A stretch of 64,000 nucleotides of DNA from Puccinia triticina (lineage: Eukaryota): positions 5,332,001 to 5,396,000 of the forward strand of contig CP110439.1 of assembly GCA_026914245.1 (NCBI GenBank), read 5' to 3'. Positions within the stretch are counted from its first letter, which is position 1. Every line of letters starts with the position of its first letter. A program made the translations under genes and the position numbers. Below the pieces are notes generated by a model that searched no databases, was not told the origin of the DNA, and saw nothing but the letters and a program-made list of their open reading frames with translations. Positions 11,301 through 23,828 of this stretch are shown one piece after another.

Positions 11301-12497
11301 ATGCTTTGTTCATGTCTATGTCAACAACATTGCAATCATCAGCCACAATGTTGATTGCTTCAAGAACCTTTTCAAACAACAATTCCTCATGGATGATTTA
11401 GGACTGGCCAGCTCTCTGCTGGGAATGAAAATCACTTGATACTCTGATCACCTTTTTCTCTCTCAGGAACGTCACATTGACAAGATCTTGAACAAATAAA
11501 ACTCCTCTTCCTTTTGCTTGGTGGCCGCTCCAATGGTTCCCAACACCCGCTTAGCCAAAGCGACTCCAGGAAAAATCACTGAATTCCTTGTGCTTGGAGC
11601 TAATTATTGTTGAGCTATAGGGTCCATCAATTACATCTCCTGTGCAAAAAGACCCAACATGTCATTTTCCGGGTCTCAGCTCTCTCAACATCTCAAAAAA
11701 TCCAGGTATCAAGCACTGGAAAGCCTTACAACATCTTCTTTGCTATCTCTCCTTGACCAGAGGTCTCTTGCTTTGCATTGGGGGTGGGGACAGGAAATTT
11801 GAGTCTACTGTGATGCGGACTGGGCCAATTGTGTGGATTCCTGGTGTTCTTACTCCAGCTATCTGGTCACTTGGGGCAATTCAATATTTCTTGGAAAACC
11901 AAGAAACAATCTTGAGTTGCATCTTCAACTACTGAGGCGGAATGCCGATCTCTATACGCCGGGGTCCAAGAAGGCATCTGGCTCAAATCTCTCATCAAAT
12001 TGATTGACAACTTCTCAACATTTCTGATTCAGGTCTACTGTGACAATCAGGCTTCCATTGCTATCTCTAATAATTAACTTGCTCAACAATGCAGTAAACA
12101 CATTGATGTCAAATACCATTTTACTTGTGAAGCTGTGGCACCAACAAAATCTGTCTTGACTACATCTCGACAAAAAAATCCCAGCCAACAGTCTCACCGA
12201 GGGACCCCTGTCCATGCTAGGTGGTGGCAGTCGTGTGAGGGGAAGGTGCTTGTTGGGCTGACCTTGGGGGTGGGCCTTGAGTCTGATTATATGATCCATA
12301 AACTCTCTCTGATGGTCCGTATTCTGGGGATCAGAATGCCATGCCCCTCCCTTCATCCAAGTTCTGCAAACTTGGACTCAGGGAGGACACATGTCACATA
12401 CATTTCATCACATCCTTCGCGCGCTACACGCGCACACACACAACAAGAACAGGAGAGAAGAGAAAGAAAGAAAAAAAACAAGACAAGCCAAGACAAA

Positions 12498-12609
12498 CAC
12501 CAGGAAAAAACAATGATCACTTGTCTGCAAGTGACATAGCAAAGTACAAAGGGACCTTTGTAATTTTTCATGTCACTTGTAGGCAAGTGATCATTGTTTT
12601 TTCCTGGTG
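12498..12609. mobile_element. 112-bp fully palindromic MITE with CACCAGG termini
   Basis: caccaggaaaaaacaatgatcacttg...caagtgatcattgttttttcctggtg, flanked by AAA/AAA. Lies in a ~0.7-kb insert interrupting the end of RNase H. Confidence 0.75.
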
Positions 12610-13007
12610 AAAGAAACACAGTGAGATGAGACAGAAATAGACAAACAGAACATGAGAGAACCAAAGAAAAAGAGGAAAGAAAGGAAATAATAGCTCAAGA
12701 AAAAAAAAAAAAAAAAACAGAAAAACAGAAAAAGAAAAAGAAAACCAAAAACAAATCAGGGAATAAACCCACAGCAGTTGCTGTGTTAGAATAGGACCAA
12801 GAAAGAGGAAATTAGGATATTGAGGATGTAGCCTTGAGGATCCTTGAAGGGTGAGGGTGAAGTTGAGTCCTGATAATCTTACAGGTGACGGTAATGCTCC
12901 TGACTAGCTGGCCAAGAGAGGGGCCACCACAACATCAAGCACCTTTCAATGTTAAATTTCCTCAAGATGAAATTTTCTGGCGCTTGAAGCTAAAACAGGG
13001 GGGGGGG

Positions 13008-13347
13008 TATTGGATGGAGGTTTCCTTTCTTAGTGTCTTATGATAGTTTCATATGTTCTGCAGTCCATCCTTGTTATTAAACCTAGATGGTTGTATATAA
13101 ACCGCTACTTTAGTCCTTTGTAACATTTCTCTAACCAATAATGAACTTGTGTCTCTTGCTGATCCTCTTTTACTACCATCTCAGGCCTGTTTTCATCTTT
13201 TGTTATCTCCTTGTGCTGTTTTACTTACATTTTCACATCCTTTAGGTTGTTTCTTCTTGAGTGTCATTGTCACCACATTTCTGCTTGTGTCTAATGCCAC
13301 CCCTTCATCACAAAGAATTTTTGTCTTATAGATATTATATTCCAACA
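13008..13347 (+). repeat. 3' LTR of copia B (TATTGGA...TCCAACA)
   Basis: Follows the PPT directly; terminal inverted repeat; internal TATATAAA. Confidence 0.8.
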
Positions 13348-14869
13348 CTGCACAACTTGGCAACATGATGAGTTACTTGGATCAGTTATATTTTTGGTTC
13401 TTATATCTTGGTTTCACCCTAGAACTCACACAACCCAACAAAAAAAACTGGCTCAGTTGATCAAATCTCAGTTCCACCAGACTGGGCAAAGCCAAGTTTG
13501 AGTAGACTGAATTCAAACCAGCGGGCATTTAACCAATGCAGCCAATGATGGCAACAATCTGGATGAGCATCATCAATGATATTTTATGATCATGTTGGGG
13601 TTCTTTTTGGGGAATAGTATTCAATGGATGCTCTTTCTGTGGGTTTGTAGATTTTGGTTGAATGGACATGGAAATTTAATGTCTGGAATGTGATGTGATT
13701 TGGAGCTTGCTTGGCAGACAAATAGGTGATACTGGATTCAAGGAACAAAGAGTTCTGCTAAGTTTTCTACACACTGGTGCTATCTGTTTGTAGATGAAAG
13801 CCACACCTGAGCAATCATGTCTTGTGTGATAAAGCTTTTTCTGTTGGAATGGCTTCTCTTGGATCATTTTTCAGAACTTGAAGGCAGAAGCATACCTGCT
13901 TATTATGTGATATATCATTATTTACATAATCTTTCAAACTTAACAAAGTCCCTCAAGACTTTGGGGCTGAACTCGCGAAGCAAGCCTCTGTCAGGAGGGA
14001 CTTAGACCCTAGCGCCCCAAGCTTGCGTAGCAAGAATGGAATTTTGGGGTAATTTCTTGATTTTTTCTATGGCTCACCTCTCACACCCACTCCCATGTGA
14101 TTAGCTCAAGGTCAGCAGAAGATGCTGGAGAATAGTAGAAAGTATTCTATCTCCATTGATCCCCTCTATGTTTTATTGTGGACAGAACTGTGGAACTGAG
14201 GTGCTGAGCATAGACCCTTTCCATGTAAAATCCACAGATTCAGTATTTTTGATGTTTTTTTTTTTGGAGGGGAGGGAATGGATTGAGATGCCTCAAATTT
14301 TGCAGGTTGGACAGGCACAAGCTAGTCTTCAACCTCAGCAAATTCAATCTCAAGAAGGTTTTTGAAGCAATGAATTATACACTTTTGAAAATTCCTCCCA
14401 CCAAAATCTAGAATCTTGCCCCTGCAAAAAGGGGAAATAAGGCGCAAGTCCCTCCTGCCAAGGGCTGTTGGAGGCTTTTTTTGCAAGACACACACCCGCA
14501 GCAGCAAGGGAATTTGTGAAGTTTGATAATGTTTATGCATGAGATATTCTAATTGTGCTCACTTATTTTTCTGCCTAATGTTGTGCCATATCTACAATAT
14601 ATCTACATGTATCTGCATACCAATGAAAATTAATTTTTGACCAATGTGAATTTGGGGTCATGCAATCAAATATATCTGGTTTGTAGCCATACACCTTGTT
14701 AGGCAACTCCATGATACAAACTGTGTATAGTATTGGTTGCACTAGGCTACTGATTCTGGACTGTTTATCAAACTGAGTGATTGAGGGGAATTTTAGCATT
14801 AAATTACATTTCTTCAAAAATATTTTTACATTTTTAGCTATCCCAGCTCGTAAATTGTGTTATGTTGCA

Positions 14870-15070
14870 TAGAGATGGTCATTTTGCACCCACTGCCGGG
14901 TACCCACCACCTTTCAGCAGGTACAATTTCAATGTGCCCTTGCGCCACGGCGGGTTTGGGTTGTTCCATTTTAGTAAAAATTAATGAAGCAGCTCCACAC
15001 CAGCCTTGGGTACCTGCAAATACACACAGGTACCTGCTGAAGGGAGGCGGGTACAAAATGAGCATCTCTA
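14870..15070. mobile_element. hAT-type MITE (201 bp)
   Basis: TIRs TAGAGATGGTCATTTTG / CAAAATGAGCATCTCTA; 8-bp TSD atgttgca / attttgca. Confidence 0.85.
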
Positions 15071-16365
15071 ATTTTGCATGTAATAGCCCATATATATGAA
15101 AAAAATGCCATTTAAACTTTGTAATTCAAGTCTCTAAAAGTAGGAATCATTTACAATGTTTCTGCCATTTGGTTTCCTAATTTCCATATAGGTCTTTGAT
15201 GTGCTTTCATAAATCTTGTTTTATTTTTAGGCATAAAAATTACATTCCTTGATATTAGTGAGACTAGAGTCCAAGGCGGCTACGCCGCTGCACTCGCAGG
15301 GACCAAAATACAAGTCTCCCACCCCAGCCCACCACCCTGCCATGTGCCCCTGCCTGCCCAATGTAAAGATGCAAAGAGTACCTGGACTTTCCTCAGAAAT
15401 TGAGGATATTAAACTCTTAATTTTTTCATAGAGTCCAAAAGTAAAAGTATGAAATTTGTCAAACAAGAGTAAATAAAAAAAGAAAACATGATAAACCCCA
15501 TGAAGACCAAACCAACCAAGACTAAAGATTGGAGTCTTTATAACAAATGATACAACAGTTGTTACTCAAACATTTCTTGACAAATCCTCACAACTGAGTT
15601 TGTAACAAAAAAGGAACTACTCTAACAATCCTCAATTTGTAACAAAAGAGATACTGTACTGTTTAAGTAAATGTGGAAAGAATAACTAAACTGTCTGAAT
15701 TTAAATAACAGAGTACAAGGCCACTACGCCGCAGTACTCCCAGGGCAGCTCCAGAAAATCACCAAAGCAAACAACCTTGTAGCTCCCAGCCCGCCCTCAA
15801 CTTGAGAGCACAACACTTTTTCAAACTCAAGTGCTGCCAACTCGTAACACAAAGGAGGCTTGCCAATCTAAATCCTACTCATACTGGCCATACAACCTTT
15901 TCCCAAGTCAAGAATGCAGAGAGGGAAAGATGTTTTCTGAAGAAAATTTTCAATGGAAACTTGTCTCAAGTAGATGTTTTTATAAGTAACCCCTATACAC
16001 ATCCAATTGCGGTCCCTACACCAGAAGAATTGATCACGGAAATCATACACATAAAACCACCACCTGTTTATTCCTAGGAGTGCTGAGAAAAGAGCCGCCA
16101 TCAAGTGAGCTTGAGGTCCCATTGGAATCATTGTCCAGCACATTATCAGACAAAACCGTCACATGGGTTACCTGCAGCGGACACAGTTCAACTTCAAAGC
16201 ACATCACCTTGGACTCGCTTGATACAAAGGGCACACCCTTTTTTTCCTATGCCCGCCCACACATGCCCATTGTCGGGCGTGTGCTTTGCACAGGTGTGGG
16301 TGTGGGTGTGCGGGGGTGTGCACGCCCCTGCAGGGGCGTGTAGGGGCGTGCGAGGGGGTATATGT

Positions 16366-17546
16366 ATGGCGAGCTGGTATGTGTGTATACCAGCTCGCCA
16401 AGAGGGAAACTCCTCCCAGCAAGCTGGTATGTGTATACCAGCTCGCCAAGAGGGACTCTCCTCTCGGCAAGCTGGTATACGTATACCAGCTCGCCGAGAA
16501 GGACTCTCCTCCCGGCGAGCTGGTATGTGTATACCAGCTCGGCGAGAGGGAAACTCCTCCCGGCGAGCTGGTATGTGTATACCAGCTCGGGGAGAGGGAA
16601 GTTCCTCCCGGCGAGCTGGTATGGGTATACCAGCTCGGCGAGAGGGACTCTCCTCTGGGCGAGCTGGTATATATTTATACCAGCTCGCCGAGAGGGACTC
16701 TCCTCTGGGCGAGCTGGTATATATTTATACCAGCTCGCCGAGAGGGACTCTACTCCCGGCGAGCTGGTATGTGGATACCAGCTCGCCGAGAGGGAACCCT
16801 CTCGGCGAGCTGGTGGGCGAGCTGGTATATATTTATACCAGCTCGCCGAGAGGGACTCTACTCCCTCCCGGCGAGCTGGTATGTGTGTATACCAGCTCGC
16901 CGAGAGGGAAACTCCTCCCAGCAAGCCGGTATGTGTATACCAGCTCGCCGAGAGGGAAACTCCTCCCAGCAAGCTGGTATGTGTATACCAGCTCGCCGAG
17001 GGGAAGTTCCTCCCGGCGAGCTGGTATCGCCAAGAGGGACTCTCCTCTCGGCAAGCTGGTATACGTATACCAGCTCGCCGAGAGGGACTCTCCTCCCGGC
17101 GAGCTGGTATGTGTATACCAGCTCGGAGAGAGAGAAACTCCTCCCGGCGAGCTGGTATGTGTATACCAGCTCGGCGAGAGGGAAGTTCCTCCCGGCGAGC
17201 TGGTATGGGTATACCAGCTCGCCGAGAGGGACTCTCCTCTGGGCGAGCTGGTATATATTTATACCAGCTCGCCGAGAGGGACTCTACTCCCGGCGAGCTG
17301 GTATGTGGATACCAGCTCGCCGAGAGGGACTCTACTCCCGGCAAGCTGGTATGTGGATACCAGCTCGCCGAGAGGGAACCCTCTCGGCGAGCTGGTGGGC
17401 GAGCTGGTATACATTTATACCAGCTCGCCGAGAGGGACTCTCCTCCCGGCGAGCTGGTATGGTGTATACCAGCTCGCCAAGAGGGAAGTTCCTCCCGGCG
17501 AACATATACTAGCTCGCCGGGAGGAACTTTCCTCTCGGCGAGCTGG
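16366..17546. repeat. Palindromic array of alternately oriented TACCAGCTCGCCG / CGGCGAGCTGGTA motifs, ~48-bp period, ~25 units
   Basis: Read directly; two linker classes and a higher-order block duplication. Confidence 0.95.
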
Positions 17547-20347
17547 CGGGGCAACGGTTTGGAAGGCACCGCTCCCAATGAGGGTCCAGCCTCAAACACA
17601 CCTCCGAAGCGTTTCGTAGACGACTTGCTTGATACAGCAAGTGATGACATCAATCCCTATCGATCCTCCTGCCAAATCAGATGGGGCGCGGTGGCATACC
17701 CTGTATTTGGTTGAAGGTCCAAAACGCGAGGCGCTCGACGCCGCGTACAGGAACCAGTTTGAGGTTACTTGTATTCCAAAATGACTTCGTGCCTGAAACC
17801 AATCCCTTGGTTCAGGCGCCTGGGGAAGAGCTTAAATATCAGGCTCCCTGACTATCTTTTTCCCCGGCGGTGGCTCCAGCTCCACTGTTGCATTTGCGCA
17901 GTTTGAGCAGACCCCGTCCTTTCCCCCTCCACCTTTGCACTTGCAATAGGCCCAAGGGGAACAATTTTTTTTTACTGCCCTGTTGCATTTGCACAGGTTT
18001 TTAACCCCCCCTCCGTCAATTACAATTGTTTTTGACCTGAGGCGGACATTCTCTGCAATTGCGCGCTGAGCTTTTTTTTTGCCCCCCTCCTGCCCTTGCA
18101 ATTGCAACAGGCACGAGGGGGTTGAATCCTGCCCCTTTTCATTCCTGGTTCAGGAATTGGGGGGCAAGTCCGAGGCATTTATGTTCGGGGACTTTAAATT
18201 AATTTTCTTGTGGTATTAAGTGTAATATGCTGATACCTGAGAAAATTGGAGGTTGGACGCAAGTGCTTGCCATTTGCGCACAGGGGGCTAAATTTTAAGC
18301 CCCTTTTCAGAAAATTGCAGGGGAAACCCTTGATCCCAATTTCCACAAAAGTGTGGATTTAATATACTTAGATATATTCCAGTTCATGAGGATTAAATTT
18401 TGAGATGCATACAGAGGATAGCTTATCCAAGTTCCTTTTTTATTTCTGGCAAGCAAGGGAACCTTGTTGAGGTATGCAGCACAACCCTCAACCACAGGGA
18501 GAGAGAATTATAGCCAAGTGTCTTGCATGTGAGGATCTTGCAGTTTTGGTGTAAGCCACATTCCATGCCTCAGGAAAGATATCTCCAACAACCCAATCAG
18601 AGGAGTTTTGAGGCCTTTAATCCTGAGCTTCTTCTCTGTGTATCCACATTTACTCTGCTCCAATCATAATGTTTTCCCTGTTTCAAAGCTTGGATTTTGG
18701 ATATCAACAAAATGCAAGCTCTGTTTGGATGCCATGTTATGTGTGATAATTTTGTGTATTTATCACACACAACCCCTGGGGGTTCAATGTTTTGGTGGAG
18801 ACAAGGGGCAAACTTTGGGTCGCATGTGATAAATTTGCCTGTTTATCACGTATCACGTGTGTGTCCAAATGGGGCCTCAATATCACCCTGGATGGGTGAT
18901 ATAGCCCACAACCCCATATGTGTAGACTTCTCCAAAATCAAAAAAGTTGGTTTTGGCAAGCCAGCTTTTGAGACTTTCTTTGGGAAAAAATAACAAAACG
19001 CAGCGGAGAAAGTCAACATCACTGGGTAATTAGAGCATGTCCAAAAAATGGAAGTCAAAAACTGAAGAGAGTGATTGATTCCCCATCAAGCAGTGCTTGT
19101 TCCCTGAGCAGGCTTGTTGCCATCATGAGAAATGGAGTTCAGAAACAAGAAATATAGAAATATATACCTCAACCTCATATCTTCATGTGTGAGCCCCTTT
19201 TATTGGGTATAATTCTCACATGTAATCTGCACATGGTTCTTGCCAGGAAGTTCTTGGGAGGCTTTGTTGAGCTAGATACAGAGGCAAATTTATGGATGTC
19301 CTGATGATTTTTTTCAAGGATATTATTATTGTGGATCCACTATGGGAAAATGATAATGCAGAAGGCAAATGGGTAGATGACATAATGACTGGGGAAATTT
19401 TGGCCTCTCGGCTTATAAGCAAACCAGCCAGAGGGTCTATTTTGGAGGGGTGGATTTGTTGGTAAATGGTTCCTCACAGAAAGGTCCCCAGCTTCTAGCC
19501 TCAGGGCCCAGGCCAGATTTTACATCTTAGTTGCAAGTCACTCCTTTGGATGCTTGCCCTTCACACAAGCCTGGGCTTTACCAGGGTGCACCAAGTTGGG
19601 GATTTGCCTTCAGTTAGGGCATGCATGTGCATTTGCAACTTCACAAGGGCATGTTTATCCCCTGATCTAACTCAGGCCATTGGTAATATCATGAATGTGA
19701 TGCACAAGACAATCTTAATCTTCAAGTCAACAGTGTGAAGACCAGTTGGTTCTGGAGAGAATTGAAAGCTGATCACGAGTCCTCAGTACTAATTATTTTC
19801 CTCCTGTATCTTTGTGAACGCTTACCAAGGAGTTTGGACATTTTATGTTGAGAGGAATTTGACCAGGCAGACTGTTGTTTTATATTGCTGTTTGTGATAA
19901 GCATCTGCTGTGATTCTCTCTTTTGACTGTTTCCTCTCAATAATGATAAGCTCAAAGGATTTTGTTTATCAAAGATTTGTTTTGTATAATCACCTTCAAC
20001 GATGTAGTACTATTTTACAAGGAAGCATAAGACATATGTAGAAGATGATTCCAGAACAGAGCATAGTGGTTTGGATATCGACAGAGTCAAGAGACATAAA
20101 TTAGGTAGATTGGTATCATATCTTGCTATAATTTGAGCCATTCTTGTATTTACATGTGAAGGCCCATGTGTCGAGGCAAAGATTGTACAATCTAGACAAG
20201 ATAATCAAGTGGAGGGCGGGGTCTCAACACGATGATTGGTTCGTGTAGTACTAGAATGGATCGAGATTGACGGTCTACTGCTCTCGAGTATCATGTTTTG
20301 AGACAACCGTGCCGGCAAGAATGAGAAGAGAGGGATGGTGGAGAAGA

Positions 20348-21738
20348 TTATCTGCTTGGCGGATCTTTTAACCAAAGAGAGTTTCGTGAGACCGATTCGG
20401 GTTTCTCGCCCTTTAGAAACCCTTCCACAGAAGGAAGCTTCATTTTTTTCCTGTTTCCTTCCAGCCTTGGACAGATTTGAGGAGGGGACAGAGATTTAAT
20501 GGCGGGCGGGAACGGGTAAAAGTGAGGTTGGTTGTCACTCGCCAGCTGGGGAGGTTGGACTGGATGTCGTGGGGAGATGGCCTTCTCACTATCGTCGTCG
20601 GATATCCTTCTCTTGCGTTGTGTCTTTTTCGAACCAGCCGCCACTGCCTTGAAATTCTCGTTTAAGACGGGCACGTTGAGGTTCTTGGTTCTCACCCTCA
20701 TCCTCATGCCTTGGGAAGCGAACAGGTTCGAGATGTCGGTCGACGTATCCATGCCCGGGAAGCTCTTGGCAGGATAGACTCGAAATTTTTCGCTCATGGT
20801 CGATTTGCAAAGATAGACCTTACGGTCCACGATTTCGTATCTGTACACAAAAATGATGGGGCTTTAGTCATCAAGTGCTTGCTGAAAAACATGAACCTTC
20901 GGAACAGACCGAAGCCTCTGGCGGTGAAGAAAAAAGAAACATTGACTGACACACTGAACTTGAAGCGATAGGCTCCCTCAACGCGTACTCCTACGTCGTG
21001 AAAGACAAAGTAATGTCCCTCGGTTATTCCGCTGGTCTTTTTGCCCGCCCGAAGCTGGAACATGGAAGAGACGATACTGCCGACCATGTACGACTTATTT
21101 GTATGTGGAATCCCGTAGAGTTCTTTGTAGGGTGCAGTGGCTTCACAGAAAGTGCAGTAGCACATGAAGTACGGCGAGCGTAGTAAAGTGAGGTCTACAC
21201 TCGACTGACTCGCGTTCGCAGACTGCGTCACCTCGAACTTCAAGACCGGCGGAGGATCGAGGGGTTGACTAATGATGGATTTCCAGACAGGAAATAGCCA
21301 ATCAGTAAATTTATCGTCCAATCGAGAGAGAGGCACAAGTCAGCAAGCCAATCCAACTCAACAAATGGTGAATAATAAAACCAATACTCACCGATCGGCC
21401 TTGTCTCCACTTCCTACAATGCGGGAATGTATGGGCTGTTGTACGATCTTCAAAGAATAGGTGCTGCGGGTGGATCAAACAGGCAATGAGTTATTTGCAG
21501 CGAATATTTCTCAACTCGAGGCTAGTTATTTGCAGCGAATATTTCTCAACTCGAGGCTCACAAGCAAGCAAGGAGTGGCCCATTCGGAAATAGAAAAAAA
21601 ATCAACATACTATTCTGCACGGGGAGAGGCCTCACTGGAGGACGCCGAAGCATACTTGTACACGGGCTCGTTGGGAGATACTGGACTGCCAGACGGGAGT
21701 GATCCATGAGAGGTATCCGCAGACCTTGGGGCCTCCAT
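20348..21738 (-). CDS. Velvet-domain regulatory protein (VosA/VelB-like), 4 exons
   Basis: Spliced translation YSLKIVQQPIHSRIVGSGDKADRQPLDPPPVL...FVFHDVGVRVEGAYRFKFSVYEI...FRVYPAKSFPGMDTSTDISNLFASQGMRMRVR carries the velvet signature. GT-AG introns keep the frame. The start (first in-frame ATG) is uncertain. Confidence 0.9.
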
Positions 21739-22212
21739 GGCGCTAGTTGGACTGGGATACTGTGAGTTTCGGGTGGGCTGATAAGTCTTCTGGTCTCGCG
21801 ACTCTTGCTGGCAACAAGAATGGCGGCAAGAGGTGGGATGTGCGGGATGCGCCAAGTCCTGGGGGGGCAAGGTAATGTTGCGTGGGGGGTTCCGTAGTTT
21901 GCTGCTTGTTGGTAAACAACACCAGCATGATCGTTTTCTTCTTTGGTATCAAAGAAATTCAACTCTCCAAACAGCAAGACAGACAGGATATCATTCACAA
22001 TCTCCTTCTACGCAGCGAAATCCACGTTTCAGGTCAAGATAAAACATGCTTGACAGTTGCATTGGGATGCTGTTTGCCCGACCCGTGGACCTGGCTTATA
22101 TTATGTATCGAGTTACTTTTTAGGAACATCATGATATACAAAGGATCCCATGCCGCTTCTAATGACACACCCACCCCACCTGCCCTGCAGCCCTGAAATA
22201 TTCCGAGTAGAC

Positions 22213-23425
22213 ATGTCGCTCCGTCATTACCTCGTTGTTTTTGTGTTGATTGGCCAGCTCATCACCGACACTTACGCGTTCGTACTACCCGAAACAAAAA
22301 TTTGGCTCCCTCACACCCCGCCGGCCGAATCAATGGCGGCAGCCACTTCTTCAAGCTCATGTATGTTCTTACTGGGCTTGAATCTTGAAGGGATCTCCTG
22401 CTTATAATTTGATCAACTTGCTTTCCTGTCCTCAAGTCCTGAACCTGCCTCATAAAGAAGCAATATCCGCTTTCAAAACTCTGTTTGTTCAACGCAAAAT
22501 ACCCCCAACTGAACTTTTCCACAAAGTGTTACACTGGCTTCTGAGCCCCAATTCCATGTCTTGCAAAGATCTAGTGGAATGGTGCGACGCACTCGCCGAT
22601 GCAGTGATTGCCCGCGATGGCTGCAGATTCGGGAAGAATTCTATTCCAATCATTTTCGGTCTTCAAACTCTCCGGCTCCGCAATACACTTTTCATGAGGA
22701 ACTTGAGTGAAACGGTGAAACGCCTTCTGCCAGAGGAACCCAGACTCTACAATCGCGAGAGTACATGGGAACCATGGATTCATGGTATGCTTTTACAAAC
22801 ATTTTTTTTCGCTGGCATTTAGTCACTCAAGTCTTATTTCGATACGTAAAAAAACTTTCAGAACTCAAACACCCCTATCACAGGTTCAGTAAGCCACTTC
22901 GTGAGTCATCCCAAATACACGGTGACACCCCAGAAAACAAAGTAGAGCTATCATCGTGATTCAAGTGATGTTTTATAATGTACTGGTTATTGTGCAGGTG
23001 AATGGGGACCTCTCAAAGCGCTGTTAATGAGTGAACCAAGGTTAAGCTCTCTAGGATCCGCCATCCATTCCCGTCAACCGGAATCTATCATCGAAAAACT
23101 GAACCCAACCATCAAAGAAATCTTCTCGAGAGAATCAGCCGGAGACGTATCTAGTGAAACCAGATTAGTCGCGATAGCGACACTCGTATATTTGTTGAAA
23201 AATGCACCCGACAAGTATGTTGGGGAGAAGGCCGATCAACTAATGAATTCACTCATCAACCCTCACAACGGCTACGTCTTGCTCAGCCATGAACGTACAC
23301 TACTGGGAACGCCGTTGATCAAACGCTTCGAACAACACCATTCAATAAAGGTACCAATGCGCTTCTGGCTGGGTGTGGGACATCCCCCCGTACGTGAAGG
23401 TCAATCTACCCAAAAGGATTGGTGA
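22213..23425 (+). CDS. Predicted secreted protein, family copy B (4 exons, ~345 aa), candidate effector
   Basis: Signal-peptide-like MSLRHYLVVFVLIGQLITDTYA. Introns at about 22361-22436, 22785-22861 and 22901-22998 give a continuous frame. Paralogous to copies A and C. Confidence 0.8.
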
Positions 23426-23828
23426 AATCAGCTCAGTAAACCTATCACAAAGGATTGGTGAAATTAGGTGAACCTGAATGTGCACCCCCAAATAAAACTT
23501 CTTTAATTGTAATGAATTAAATAGAAATTGGCAATCTTTGCAACGCAAATGAAGTAGGAGAAAAAAGTGGCTTAACAACTAGAGATTGACAATTGTTGGA
23601 TAATCGTAAGACAGCAACGGCAGGCAACGGCCATGAAGATGAGATGAGCCAGGATGAGCCCTGCCCACACAAATGCAAGGAAAAATACAAAGTTCAATCC
23701 ACCGTGATAAGCACCTTTGCAATATAAGCAACTCGTGTTCACGCTCCCGTTACCCTCCACCATGCTCCTCATTCTTTCGCACCTTCCTCATACTAGGGCC
23801 GCTCATCAGTTCATGTCACCATAGCTCC

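Larger units (their letters stand above)
9580..13347 (+). mobile_element. Degenerate Ty1/copia element B: integrase C-terminus, RT, RNase H, PPT and 3' LTR, with nested insertions
   Basis: LWFG...LRTFGCRAYINIP; HQMDMCNAFLNG; KKSMYSLKQAP; VYVNN (decayed YVDD); YCDADWA; YCDNQA; KHIDVKYHF; poly-G PPT at 12998-13007. Confidence 0.9.

Noticed and set aside
16105..17714. Overlapping 408-504 aa ORFs on both strands
   Set aside because: By-product of a stop-poor palindromic repeat; open in many frames with no domain.
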